Origin: Macrostomum lignano
Taxonomy: Eukaryota
Length of the DNA: 64,000 nt
Assembly (NCBI GenBank): GCA_002269645.1
Contig: NIVC01000946.1
Location: 310,001 to 374,000 of the forward strand
Direction of reading: 5' to 3'
Below, one piece after another: positions 24,771 to 37,464 of this stretch. Within the stretch, counting starts at the first letter, position 1; each line of letters begins with the position of its first letter. The notes beneath the pieces are model-generated. The model worked only from the letters and a program-made list of their open reading frames with translations, was not told where the DNA came from and searched no databases. The translations under genes and the position numbers were made by a program.

Positions 24771-25519
24771 GCTTTAATGAATCGCCCCTTTCCCTTTGTT
24801 GCGGCTGTGTTATATTTAAGCTGCGACAGGTACTTCTAATGTACTTTCAAACAATTAAGAAGCAAATATATCAAAGCATTTTTGTCTGCATTTTTCAAAT
24901 GGATAAAGCACTAAGCATTTGTTTTTGTTAATTTACAATTGCTTAGTTTTATTAGTGTTTAGCAGTGCCATTGCAGTGAAATTTTATCGTGCATAAAGGT
25001 GGCGTTATCTGCTGGCTGTGTGCGACGGTGATTGACCAATAATAGCGAACTTTGATCTGTGCTTCTTTGAACCAGAACCAGTTCTGTGCTTCTTTCCGCA
25101 ATTCAACTTCGTGTCTTTTTGAAACAAAAATTCTTTCTTTCTTTAAATGTTGCAATTTCGAAACCACAGGAAGTCCTTTATAGTTGTTTTTTATTATTGT
25201 TTTGATGACGTCATGTCTCTTATCTTGTTCGGTGTCGGCCTATACATTTCAAATTCAGTATATAAATTCACGCTCTCAATCTTTACTAACAGCTGCACTG
25301 TGCACAGTATTTTCCTTCTAGAAGCTTCTCAGTAGTTGGTCTAATTTCACTGCATTGGCTTTCCTACTGTTTTGTACCTGTAAGTTTTTTATTCTTTAGT
25401 TATAGGTGCTTGTTTTCAACGTGTGCGCCATCTTTTCTGTTATTCTATTTGCTCTCTTGCTTATGTCCTCTTTCTCGCTGTAGCTCTCCCCTCACAGTCC
25501 TCTACTAGTTGTAACCCAC

Positions 25520-26845
25520 AGATCTCACTGCCCCCCCACAGATCTCCCTGCCCCCCAGATCTCACTGTCCCCAGATCTCACCGCCCCCACCAGATCACCC
25601 CCAGATCTCACTGACCCCCAGATCACCCCCAGATCTCAATACCCCCCCAGATCTCACTGCCCCCCCCAATCACACCCAGATCTCACTGACCCCCCTCCCA
25701 GATCACCCCCAGATCTCACTGCCCCCAGATCACCCCCAGATCTCACTGACCCCCCAGATCACCCCCAGATCTCACTGCCCCCCCAATCACACCCAGATCT
25801 CACTGACCCCCCAGATCACCCCCAGATCTCACTGCCCCCCCCAGATCACCCCCAGATCTCACTGCCCCCCAATCACACCCAGATCTCACTGACCCCCCCC
25901 CCAGATCACCCCCAGATCTCACTGCCCCCCAGATCACCCCCCAGATCTCACTGACCCCCCAGATCACCCCCAGATCTCACTGCCCCCCCAGATCACCCCC
26001 AGATCTCACTGCCCCCCAATCACACCCAGATCTCACTGACCCCCCCCCCAGATCACCCCCAGATCTCACTGCCCCCAGATCACCCCCAGATCTTACTGCC
26101 CCCCCCCAGATCACCCCCCAGATCACCCCCAGATCTTACTGCCCCCCCCAGATCACCCCCCAGATTTCACTGCCCCCCAGATCACCCCAGATCTCACTGC
26201 CCCCCCAGATCTCACTGCCCCCCAGATCACCCCAGATCTCACTGCCCCCCAGATCACCCCAGATCTCACTGCCCCCCCCAGATCTCACTGCCCCCAGATC
26301 ACCCCCAGATCTCACTGCCCCCCAGATCACCCCAGATCTCACTGCCCCCCAGATCTCACTGCCCCCCCCAGATCTCACTGCCCCCCCCAGATCACCCCCA
26401 GATCTCACTGCCCCCAGATCACCCCCAGATTTCACTGCCCCCCAGATCTCACTGACCCCCCCCCCAGATCACCCCCAGATCTCACTGCCCTCCCAGTTCT
26501 CCCCGGGCCCCTAGATCTCACTGTCCCCCCCAGATCTCACTCCCCCCAGATCTCACTGTGTCCCCCTTGAGATCTTACTGTTTCCCTCCCATTTCCCTCT
26601 CCCTCTCTTAGATCTCACTTCACTCCTAAATCTCACTCTTCACTCTCCCAGATCTCACTTTTCACTTACCTAGATCTCACCTTACTCCTAAATCTCACTC
26701 TTCACTCTCCCAGATCTCACTCTTCACTTACCTAGATCTCACTTCGCTCCTAAATCTCACTCTCCACTCTCCTAGATATCACTTTTCATTCTCCTAGATA
26801 TCACTTTTCATTCTCCTAGATCTCACTCTCCACTCCTAGATCTCG
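25520..26845. repeat. C-rich ~16-bp minisatellite (CCCCCAGATCTCACTG) grading into a CT-rich variant
   Basis: Direct inspection; ends ~75 bp upstream of the desaturase ATG. Confidence 0.92.
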
Positions 26846-26918
26846 CTGTTCACCCCACCAACAGAGCGCTGACCAATACTGCCCCATATTCCCTCAGCAA
26901 CAGCCGCCCACAGCCGCA

Positions 26919-28634
26919 ATGTCCAACGAGTTCAGCAGGGAGGAGATCCGCAGCCACACGTCGCCAGACAGTCGCTGGCTAGTGGTTGACAACGCCGTAT
27001 ACGATGTGAGCCGGTGGGCGCAAAAGCACCCGGGCGGCAGTCGCCTGCTGTCGCACTACGCTGGCCAAGACGCTACGGAAGCGTTTCGTGCTTTCCATCT
27101 CGACCAGTCGACCGTAGCCAAATGGTTGGCGCCATTGCGCATCGGTCGAGTCTGTTCGAACGATCCCGAGCGTCTAGTTGCTATGCGAACCGATTTCGAA
27201 CGCTTGCGCAAAGACGCGCAGGCTAGGGGCCTGTTCAAGCCCAGCTTAGTGTTCTACGCCCTGATGCTGGCCCACATATTCGCATTGGAGGCCATTGCCT
27301 ACGCCTGTCTGCGCTTCTGGGGCACCGGCTGGTTGCCTTACATTGTGGCGCTGTGCCTGTACGCTACGGCGCAGAGTCAGGCTAGCTGGCTGCAGCACGA
27401 CTTCGGGCACTTGTCGGTGTTTCACAATCGCCGATGGGACGGCTGGCTGCACCAGCTCACTATGAGCTATTTCAAAGGCGCCTCAGCGCACTGGTGGAAG
27501 CATCTGCACTATCAGCATCATTCCAAGCCGAACGTTATGAATAAAGATCCCGACGTTCGCATCCAGCCGCTGTTCGTTGTTGGGAAAACTATGCCGAAAG
27601 AGACTGCGGCTAATCCTAAAAGTCCATACGTGCCCTATCATTTCCAGCACAGGTATTTCTTTGCCATCGGACCGCCGCTGCTGTTCCCGGTGTACTTTCA
27701 AATTGCCACTTTCAGGCACGCCCTTTCGCGTCGCTGCTACGTTGATTTGGCCTGCATGGCCCTGTTCTTTGCCAAGATCGTTGTACTGTACCGGCCGCTG
27801 CTGGGTCTGGGCGGCGCTTTCCTTTATTACTTCCTGGTGCGGATGATCGAGAGTCACTGGTGAGTGTCGTGTTTGTTAGTTTTGAATGTGTGCATGCCGA
27901 TATGTCTGTTATTAACTAGCATGTTATGTTCGATAGTTTACCTGCTAGACTGTTCACTGGTTAGATTATTTACCTTTAGATAGTTCACCGGTTAGATTGT
28001 TCACCTATTAGATTGTTCAACTGTTCGATTGTTCACCTATTAGATTGTTCAACTGTTCGATTGTTCACCTGATAGATTGTTCACCTGTTAGATAGTTCAC
28101 CGGTTAGATTGTTCACCTATTAGATTGTTCAACTGTTAGATGGTTAACCTGCTAACTAGTTCACCTGTTAGATAGTTCACTTGTTACTCGTAGATAGTTC
28201 ACCAGTCAGATAGTTAACTATGTAGCTTAACCTTCTAGTACCTTCACCTGTTAGACAGCAGCTTCACCTCAACTTTCTCTGTCTCCAGGTTCACTTGGGT
28301 GTCGCAGAGCAACCACATCCCCATGGAGATTGAGCACGACCGCGCTGAGCCTTGGCTGGCCCTTCAGCTGCACGCCACCTGCGACATCGAGAAGTCGCCA
28401 TTCAACGATTGGTTCACCGGACACCTGAACTTTCAAATCGAGCACCACCTGTTCCCAACAATGCCACGTCATAACTATTACAAAATCCAGCCGGATGTGC
28501 AACACCTGTGCCAAAAGTACGGCATCCGGCACGAGATTAAGCCGCTGTGGCGAGCCTTCTGCGACGTTATCGGATCGCTGCGCCACTCTGGCGAAATCTG
28601 GCACGCGGCTTATCACGCCCATCATATGGACTAA
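26919..28634 (+). CDS. Front-end (delta-5/6/8) fatty-acid desaturase with cytochrome b5 domain, FADS1/2 family, 428 aa
   Basis: Exons 26919-27859 and 28289-28634 (phase-2 GT-AG intron inside the W of ESHW|FTW). Motifs [22 protein letters not shown]. Confidence 0.95.
27925..28260. repeat. Degenerate GTTCACCTGTTAGAT repeat in the desaturase intron
   Basis: Direct inspection. Confidence 0.8.
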
Positions 28635-29109
28635 GGCTGCAGTGTTCGATTGTCTACTGTCAGTAGCTGATCGGCACATCGGGTGGACTACTTGAGGAGA
28701 TATTTTATTGTTTCACGCACCATTTCGTGTGCTGTCATGTTTGTGGATTATATTAATTAATATACATATAAGTAATATTATGGAACTCAGCGTCGAACTT
28801 TATTTTTGTTGGACTATGAGCCAATTTGATATGCCGTTCATTTATTGATTTTGCAAACTTATTCTGTTATGTGTCTCATCTTTGTCATTTTTATTCTGTC
28901 GCAATCGGATGCTAAATAGGTTATTATTATAGCTTAAGTTTTCTTGCTTTTGTTTTTCTGTATTTTGACATCCGCATTCTTGTGCGTCTCTACAAATGCT
29001 TTGCTAGCCTGATGTATGAATAAATATTAATTTAATTTTTCCCCGATTTTAAATATATTGTTGAGCGTGTTTCCGGCAAATCCAGGCATCGGAGAAAGCT
29101 CGAGGTCTA

Positions 29110-29315
29110 TATGTACATTCGGAAAGATATTGAGCCAGTGAATCTGTATTCTAAATGTACATTAGGGGAAGAGATTGAGCCAGTGAATCTGTGGTCTAAA
29201 TGTACATTAGGGGAAGAGATTGAGCCAGTGAATCTGTGGTCTAAATGTACATTAGGGGAAGAGATTGAGCCAGTGAATCTGTGGTCTAAATGTACATTAG
29301 GGGGAAGAGATTGAG
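29110..29315. repeat. 45-bp tandem repeat (~4 copies)
   Basis: The track ORF repeats EIEPVNLWSKCTLGE with a 15-codon period. Confidence 0.9.
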
Positions 29316-30079
29316 TTAATCACTTAAACCAGTGCTTATTAGCTCTTTAACAGATAGATCTCTAATATATAACTGATAGACCTTAAAATTGGTGAAATTG
29401 CCAACTGACATTGTTTTGATAATTATTGACAATTTATTTCAGCTTTTTTATTCAAATTGCGGCCATTTTTATACTTAAAAAGAGTTTAAAAATTTCTGCA
29501 CTCTTAGCCACGATTTTTTTCTGCTTTTTAATCGTAAAATCTACCCCTATAAACTCTTGTGCACCTACTTTGCCGCTGCTGAAACTCAAAATCTAACATG
29601 CAGATGCGCCATTCCGATCTGTCTTGGGGCGTTTTTTAACTTTGTTTTCTTTACTTATTGCTGCTAATCTTTAGTTTGATTTTTGTTTTGTTAAAAATCA
29701 CTTCGTTAGAGACTATCCCAGTGTCATTAAATTATTTTATATTTATTATATCTGTCATATTTAGCATTGACTGTTGTCATTTGTACTTAAATTGATGAAA
29801 ATATAAACGCTTCTATTTTGTTTACTGTTGGTGAGCTTCTCCCTTTTATTGCACTTTTATTGTATACTCGCATATACTAGTATCAATAACGCTTATGCGC
29901 TTTTACACAGCATACGCTAAGGAAGGTGTTGCACTTCTAAATGCTTTTGTTGAAATTTAAGAAGCAATCATGTTTATATTGAGGCTGACTTACTGATACC
30001 TTATTTAAAGTACTTCATGTACCTAATTGATTATGCAGAGCGATTTCAATTTTTATTTCAGTTTTCAAAAGGTTTATTG

Positions 30080-30632
30080 GTCTGGTCAGGATTGGGTAGG
30101 CTAGAGTGTCTGATTGGTCAGGATTGGGTAGGCTAGAGTGTCTGATTGGTCAGGATGGGGTAGGCTAGAGTGTGTCTGATTGGTCAGGATGGGGTAGGCT
30201 AGAGTGCGTCTGATTGGTCAGGATGGGGTAGGCTAGAGTGCGTCTGATTGGTCAGGATTGGGTAGGCTAGAGTGTCTGATTGGTCAGGATTGGGTAGGCT
30301 AGAGTGTGTCTGATTGGTCAGGATGGGGGTAGGCTAGAGTGTGTCTGATTGGTCAGGATGGGGGTAGGCTAGAGTGTGTCTGATTGGTCAGGATTGGGTA
30401 GGCTAGAGTGTGTCTGATTGGTCAGGATTGGGTAGGCTAGAGTGTGTCTGATTGGTCAGGATGGGGGTAGGCTAGAGTGTGTCTGATTGGTCAGGATTGG
30501 GTAGGCTAGAGTGTGTCTGATTGGTCAGGATTGGGTAGGCTAGAGTGTGTCTGATTGGTCAGGATGGGGTAGGCTAGAGTGTGTCTGATTGGTCAGAATG
30601 GGGTAGGCTAGAGTGTGGCTGATTGGTCAGGA
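30080..30632. repeat. ~33-36-bp minisatellite TCTGATTGGTCAGGATGGGGTAGGCTAGAGTGTG, block 1
   Basis: Direct inspection. Confidence 0.95.
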
Positions 30633-31387
30633 TTTCTATTATATTCATTTATATCAAACGGCTTTGATATAATTACTTGGAATGGCAATTTTACCCATTG
30701 GTATAAAAGCAAGAATTGTATTTTAATATCTATACTACAACAAAAGCATGAATACCTTTTGTTGTCTATTATCTTAGAATACTGACTTAATACTGCACTT
30801 TTATTCAAAGTACTTATGCTTCTATGTGATGATATATTGTGAGTCTATGTATTGCAATTTTGTCAATAATAATTTTTGCAGGCATGAGAATAAGATCGCT
30901 TTTAAGCATAAATCGCTCAGTTACAATCGTACCCATATACACGATCGTCTATATTCGGGTTTTGTATTGAAGAAGTTATTTTTATTCGTAATTTAAATAT
31001 TTTTTCTATCAGCTTTTTATCTGTTTAGTGTTGAATTTAGCAAAGCAAAAAGCACATCTTTATCTTGTCCTGCATTACCCAACTATTGAGAATAACTGCT
31101 TTGATTAAGTGTTACATTTGCTTGCTTTTGCCATTGGTATTCAAAATTGGATGCTTAGTATTTACTGTTAGTAGTATTTTGCCATTTTTAGTTTTAAGTG
31201 GCGCTGCTTCTACAGTGGTTTGTAGTCTATTATTACACCTGTACCCTGCCCCAATTGTTATAATAATAAACATCTAGCTGCTAACTGTCGCTGCGAACTT
31301 ATCCTTTGCGATCAAGTAGAAAATTTTGTAATTGATATGCTTATCATATCCGGCTGATAGGGTCGTGTCAGTATTAGAGTGTGGTGA

Positions 31388-31783
31388 TGTCTGATTGGTC
31401 AGAATGGGTAGGCTAGAGTGTGTCTGATTGGTCAGAATGGGGTAGGCTAGAGTGTGTCTGATTGGTCAGGATGGGGTAGGCTAGTGTGTCTGATTGGTCA
31501 GGATGGATTAGGCTAGAGTGTGCCTGATTGGTCAGGATGAGGTAAGCTAGAGTGTGCCTGATTGGTCAGGATGGGGTAGGCTAGAGTGTCAGATTGGTCA
31601 AGATGGGGTTGGCTAGAGTGTCAGATTGGTCAAGATGGGGTTGGCTAGAGTGTCAGTTTGGTCAGGATGGGGTAGGCTAGAGTGTGCCTGATTGGTCAGA
31701 ATGAGGTAAGCTAGAGTGTGCCTGATTGGTCAGGATGGGGTAAGCTAGAGTGTGCCTGATTGGTCAGGATGGGGTAGGCTAGT
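31388..31783. repeat. Same TCTGATTGGTCAGG minisatellite, block 2
   Basis: Separated from block 1 by ~750 bp of AT-rich unique DNA. Confidence 0.92.
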
Positions 31784-31917
31784 CTCTAAAGTTCCGTCAA
31801 CAAACTGATCGTTGTTATAAAAATGTTAGCTTAGTATCATTTACTAAATCATATTGCATGCTCAGGTGCATCTCTGCCCATTTGGCAGCACCTAGTTACA
31901 CCTAGCTACTTACCCGA

Positions 31918-32334
31918 ATGGACTCAAAGCCTAGCGGCCAACAGCAGCAGCGCCAGCCAACCTCACTTGCCAGCGGCAGCGGCGGCCTCTTTAACTGGCT
32001 ATTCGGCCTGAATCCGGCCAGCTATCCTCGCTCGGTGAATTATTATTCTAGCTACGCCAGCGAAACCGCCCCGCCCTCGGCTGATGCAGGCGTGCCCACT
32101 ACTGTTAGTAGTAGAGACAGCAGCGATTCGCCTAACTATTCACTTCCGGCCACTGCATCCAGCGCCTCTCCTATACTACTGAGCCAGATGACGTCAGCCG
32201 CTCAGTCACCTTTAATTAGCATTCACGGCGGCGACGAGTCTTTGAAATCGGCCGCCGAACTGTTCGGCGCTCGCCGACGTCGCGACTCGGAAATGTTTCG
32301 CGATTTGAACGCTAATGCGCCCAATAATTTCTAG
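31918..32334 (+). CDS. Hypothetical 138-aa Ser/Ala/Pro-rich protein, single exon
   Basis: True ATG and a GC-rich coding island in AT-rich flanks. N-terminal FNWLFG; C-terminal RRRRDSEMFRDLNANAPNNF. Confidence 0.6.
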   Translation: MDSKPSGQQQQRQPTSLASGSGGLFNWLFGLNPASYPRSVNYYSSYASETAPPSADAGVPTTVSSRDSSDSPNYSLPATASSASPILLSQMTSAAQSPLISIHGGDESLKSAAELFGARRRRDSEMFRDLNANAPNNF

Positions 32335-33094
32335 GCGTAACTGATCGTACGGTGGGGTAGCGGGTTCAGAAGTAACGAGAATTTCGTTCTGCATGAGTAA
32401 CCTAAATCGAATCTATCAGCCTGTATGCATCAGTGATGACTCTACATGACAGTCCAGACCTCAAGATAAAAATATTACAACAGTTTTTTGTCGGCTTGTT
32501 CTCTAGACCTGAAAAAACGTTGAGAACTTTACTGACTAGACTAAAAAGTGCTTATAAGTGAGGCTATGGAACTTTTGACACAACAAATAGATTGTCATGG
32601 ACAGAAACTTTTCATTATCATGGCGCCGGTCTGGGTTGGCAAACTTCGGCCCGCGAAGCCTCTCTATCCGGTCCTCGTGTCCTTTGTAACTTCACAATAG
32701 CAATCTTCTCTCTCCTCTCTTCTCCCCTCTCCTATTTCATCAATTCTCTCCTTTTGTCCTCTGTCTTCTCAGGTTCTCTATCTGGCTTTTGCCGACCCCT
32801 GATGTCACCGATGCATGCAGGCGAGTTGCCATCCATTGGGTGATCATGGTAGTACCGGTTGTTCTGTCTATTCTAAAGGCTATTCTTAATTCTACTATAT
32901 TCTATTTTATATACTCTGCGCTATCTAATGACGAAATTTCTGTGTCCGCTATGTTTAGTTTTTCAGTCCGCACTATACTTTCTACTTATATCAGTAGACG
33001 AACTCGGACATACATCCTTTAGTGTTGTAGTTAGCCAAGCACAAAGAAGAAGTAAAAAGAAGGATATCACCAATCCGGTATACTTGGCAACTCG

Positions 33095-33330
33095 AATGGA
33101 TCAGCCCATGAAGGCCAACCTCCCCCCCCCCCCTAAGGCACAGAGATTGTACATGCCTGACGACTGAAATGTCAGAGTCGCTGTACACCCTGTGTGAGCG
33201 TGTGTGTGAGTGCTGTGCCTGCGTACTGTATTGGCGCGCTTGTATTGTGCTTAGGAGTCAGCGGAATGGGCAGACTTGCCGTCAGCTCTGGTTTTGAGAC
33301 GATGTCGTCGTCTAAGGCGTTGCGCCATGG
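33095..33330 (+). mobile_element. 5'-truncated, diverged copy of the SINE family found at 55.5-56.2 kb
   Basis: AAGGCACAGAGATTGTACATGCCTGACG...GCTGTACAC...GTGCCTGCGTAC...GGCGCGCTTGTA...GGAGTCAGCGGAATGGGCAG matches the reverse complement of 55570-55760 and 55890-56050. Confidence 0.75.
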
Positions 33331-33869
33331 TGCAATGTTATTATGGTGGATTATGCTCGTAAATTTACTATTGAAGTTCACAGACAACGGACCAAAGCTA
33401 CATTAAGTTTGCGATAAGACCCATCTGCGATGTGTGTAATCATTTTTTCGCTTTTTAAATCGCTTTATATTCGAGTTGATCGTGAGTTAAACGTGTAAAC
33501 AAGCGCGTATTATATTCGCATAATAATATTTCATAATTGCGAGTCATCGTTTTGTACAGCAAACTAAGTACATCGCAACCTCTGCTGCGTGCACTGTAGG
33601 TCGCTTTAAATCTTGTGATATTATATAGCAAGCACCATTGAGTAACTCTTAATAGTAGTTAAGCTCCTCAATACAGTAATTATTGTAATTTTATCCATGC
33701 TATCAAAACATTTATGCTTGTAAAAATAAACATTTTCGAGTCATTTTACATTATTCTAGATATTCTGTTCATTTTGGTTGTTTCAATTGCTCCGTCATAC
33801 AAAATTAAATCTCCTGATTGGCCACAGTCTTGTCTTATCTTTCCTAACTGATTACCTTCCTTCCCCTGG

Positions 33870-34880
33870 ACCTCTGATTGGCTGCAATCTCCCCTACCTC
33901 AATTCTTCTGATTGGCTGCAATCTTTCTCCCCCCCCCCTCTAGTGCCTCTGATTAACTGCAATCTCCCCCCCCCTTAGTGCCTCTGATTAGCTGCAATCT
34001 CCCCCCTTTAGTGCCTCTGATTAACTGCAATCTCCCCCCCCTTAGTGCCTCTGATTAGCTGCAATCTCCCCCCTTTAGTGCCTCTGATTGGCTGCAATCT
34101 CCCCCATAGTGCCTCTGATTAACTGCAATCTCCCCCCTTAGTGCCTCTGATTAGCTGCAATCTCCCCCATAGTGCCTCTGATTAACTGCAATCTCCCCCC
34201 TTAGTGCCTCTGATTGGCTGATATCCCCCTAGTGCCTCCGATTGGCTGCAATCTCCCCCCCTTAGTGCCTCTGATTGGCTGCAAGCTCCCCCTTAGTGCC
34301 TCTGATTGGCTGATATCCCCCTAGTGCCTCCGATTGGCTTAAATCTCCTTCCCCTTAGTGCCTCTGATTGGCTGATATCTCCTTCCCCTTAGTGCCTCTG
34401 ATTGGCTGATATCCCCCTAGTGCCTCCGATTGGCTGCAATCTCCCCCCCCTTAGTGCCTCTGATTGGCTGCAAGCTCCCCCTTAGTGTCTCTGATTGGCT
34501 GATATCCCCCCTAGTGCCTCCGATTGGCTGCAATCTCCCTCCCCCTTAGTGCCTCTGATTGGCTGCAAGCTCCCCCTTAGTGCCTCTGATTGGCTGATAC
34601 CCCTCCTAGTGCCTCCGATTGGCTTCAATCTCCTTCCCCTTAGTGCCTCTGATTGGCTGATATCTCCTTCCCCTTAGTGCCTCTGATTGGCTGATATCCC
34701 CCCTAGTGCCTCCGATTGGCTGCAATCTCCCCCTTATTGTCTCTGATTGGCTGCAAGCTCCCCCTTAGTGCCTCTGATTGGCTGCAATCTCCCCCCTCAG
34801 TGCTTCTGATTGGCTGCAATCTTTGCTGCTCTAATTGGCTGTACTTCCCACCTTCCCATCCAAGCCTGTGATTGGCTATG
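33870..34880. repeat. ~30-36-bp minisatellite TAGTGCCTCTGATTGGCTGCAATCTCCCCC
   Basis: Direct inspection; lies immediately upstream of the 35031 gene. Confidence 0.93.
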
Positions 34881-35030
34881 GCATTTCTCTCCCTCTTCCA
34901 AGCCGCCGCCTTTCCTTTCCCCTCCATGCCCCTCCAGCCAATCTAAAAGTGCAGTGTAGTACACTGAAAACACTCGCGGCGCCAATCCAATTTATGCGGC
35001 TTGCCTCGGCCGTCAAGCAGCTGCGCCGAC

Positions 35031-36131
35031 ATGCAGCTTAGCCGATGGCCGCTGCCTCCGCCCGCACTGCTGTTGCTTTTCCTGACCAGTTTGCGGTCCA
35101 ACTGCATGGTCGCCGCCGCAGAGTCCACCGCTATTGAATTTGAAATCGCCGCCTCCGACGCGGCAATGTCGGAGCTGACAGCCCAGTCTGGATCTGGCGG
35201 CAGTCGATCAGTTGACCAAATCCTGCAACTGTGCATGCGCCAATCGCCCGAACTGTTCTGCGCCTGGTTCTCCTTTCGAGTCAGTCGATACCCGACTGGG
35301 CACAGTTTCCCCAATTCGTCTTCAATGCTTTCGTATAGTGACGAGTTTCTGTTCACCTGTTTCAATGAAGTGAAGTTCGGCTGCAATCGCAATGCAAAAT
35401 GTGCACCTAGTCGGCGTCTTGTCGGCCTTGACGTCACCCACGAGTGCTACTGTTCCTGCGCCTTCTTCGGCAGTAACAAAGGCTTCAATCGCTACTTTCA
35501 GAAGCAGATGAAGCGACAGCAATTACCAACCAATGGCTATAGCGGTGACATTGGCCGGGTCTATCAGTGCTCCAGCCTGTGCGACCATGAGCCTGTCTGT
35601 GTGAATAGCTTCGACGAATCGCCGGCGATCTGCAGCATCTACGACAGGCACGCCTCCAGCCCGTGGTCCGTGGCCTCCCTGACCCTGGGCATCGCGGCCG
35701 TGCTTGTCACCCTGTCCTATCTGTTGAATGCTGTGCTGAAAGGCCTGCTGATGTCCGTCTGTCCGAAGTGGCGCCGTTTGCGCCGCCTGTTCCGTCGCTG
35801 CTCCCCGTTCGGTCGTGCAAGGCGAAGCAACCGCAGCAGGCGCGACAACGAAGGCGAAGCCGACGAGGACCAGGCGGATGAGGAGGAGGAGGAAGAGTTC
35901 GACAGCGCCGAGCCAGAACCGACGGTGCGTCGGCAACTGGAGCCGTCGATGATAATGCCGCTGCGTTTGCTCAGACCGGCGCCAGTCGCTCCGCCGCCCT
36001 ATGAGGCAGCCGTGGCCCAGTCAGATGCCGCTTCAACAATGATTCCTCTAGCCCCGCCTCCGCCTTACACAGAGCGGGATCAAAATAATGATTGTAGTAG
36101 CAGTCCTGTCACTGCTGGATCTACCTGGTGA
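35031..36131 (+). CDS. Cys-rich type-I membrane protein with LDLa-like module and two PPxY motifs (paralog 1), 366 aa
   Basis: First ATG is at 35031 (the track start 35001 is TTG). Signal peptide PALLLLFLTSL, CDHEPVCVNSFDESPAIC, TM segment VASLTLGIAAVLVTLSYLL, acidic tract, APPPYE and PPPPY. A GTGAGT donor overlaps the stop (36128), so a further exon is possible. Confidence 0.8.
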   Translation: MQLSRWPLPPPALLLLFLTSLRSNCMVAAAESTAIEFEIAASDAAMSELTAQSGSGGSRSVDQILQLCMRQSPELFCAWFSFRVSRYPTGHSFPNSSSMLSYSDEFLFTCFNEVKFGCNRNAKCAPSRRLVGLDVTHECYCSCAFFGSNKGFNRYFQKQMKRQQLPTNGYSGDIGRVYQCSSLCDHEPVCVNSFDESPAICSIYDRHASSPWSVASLTLGIAAVLVTLSYLLNAVLKGLLMSVCPKWRRLRRLFRRCSPFGRARRSNRSRRDNEGEADEDQADEEEEEEFDSAEPEPTVRRQLEPSMIMPLRLLRPAPVAPPPYEAAVAQSDAASTMIPLAPPPPYTERDQNNDCSSSPVTAGSTW

Positions 36132-36249
36132 GTACGGCTTGTAATGTACATGCAGATATGCTTGGGTTTGTGCTTTCGAAATTCATTCGATAATTATTCG
36201 ACAAATGAGACGACAGGTTGGAAATGTCTCTTGGAGCAGGTCTTGCTGG

Positions 36250-36820
36250 AGCAGAGAGCGGAGCAAGTAAGAGATAGGAGCAGGTAGAAATAGGAGCAGG
36301 TAGTGAGCGGAGCAGGTAGAGAGCGGAGCAGGTAGAGAGCGGAGCAGGTAGAGAGCGGCGCAGGTAGAGAGTGGAGCAGGTAGAGAGTGGAGCAGGTAGA
36401 GAGCGGAGCAGGTAGAAATAGGAGCAGGTAGAGAGCGGAGCAGGTAGAGAGCGGAGCAGGTAGAGAGCGGAGCAGGTAGAGAGTGGCGCAGGTAGAGAGC
36501 GGAGCAGGTAGAGAGTGGAGCAGGTAGAGAGCGGAGCAGGTAGAAATAGGAGCAGGTAGAAATAGGAGCAGGTAGAGAGCGGAGCAGGTAGAGAGTGGAG
36601 CAGGTAGAGAGTGGAGCAGGTAGAGAGTGGAGCAGGTAGAGAGCGGAGCAGGTAGAGAGCAGAGCAGGTAGAGAGTGGAGCAGGTAGAGAGCAGAGCAGG
36701 TAGAGAGCGGAGCAGGTAGAGAGCGGAGCAGGTAGAGAGCGGAGCAGGTAGAGAGCAGAGCAGGTAGAGAGCGGAGCTGGTAGAGAGCGGAGCAGGTAGA
36801 GAGCGGAGCAGGTAGAAAGC
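36250..36820. repeat. 16-bp minisatellite GCAGGTAGAGAGCGGA
   Basis: Direct inspection. Confidence 0.95.
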
Positions 36821-37464
36821 GAATAGAAATATTATAAAATGTAGAGCTTCGCACTGTCTTTTCTGAAAGCAAAGAAAATTGCATATACGAGTATGCCTAT
36901 CGAAAAGGTGAATTACTTTAAACTACTTTCCCCACTGCAGACAATCCGCTGAACATTGCTCATGCCAACGTTGCCTGCAGACTATTCAGTCTCAGTATCT
37001 AGTCCAGGTGAATCTGTTATTGGTCATGACGCCTACTGATGCACTTCGATTTTAACCGGCTTTTAATGCTCAGATTTAGTTATTTTGTTTGTTATACAAG
37101 CAGAGGACACTCTTCTGCTTAGAGGATATCTGACCCAGTGGTCACGATAGGCTTGCATGACGTAATGTACAATGTCTATAGATTGCCACATACAAGGTCT
37201 CGGAAAAATATTGCATGTAATTATTATACATTGAGTCCCTGCCCTGGCTCTAGTCATTCTTTTCTATGTATTCGCTTTTGTGTTACTTAACTTATAGTGA
37301 AAACTCTTTTTTAAATAAAATATATGTTTGTCGGTTCCTATAAATTGATCATTTTTTGTTCAATTAGCCTTGAGCGCAGTCTTTGTTTGCACTCTATTCT
37401 CAACTATTTAATATTCAATTTGTAGGTGCGTTATAGTCTAGATCCTTATACAAAGACTTAGGCT

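Noticed and set aside
33145-33185. Possible hammerhead ribozyme (CTGACGA...GAAA...GTC)
   Set aside because: Stems II and III do not form. CTGAC pairs with GTCAG as a simple hairpin, and another family copy lacks the core (CTAACAA).
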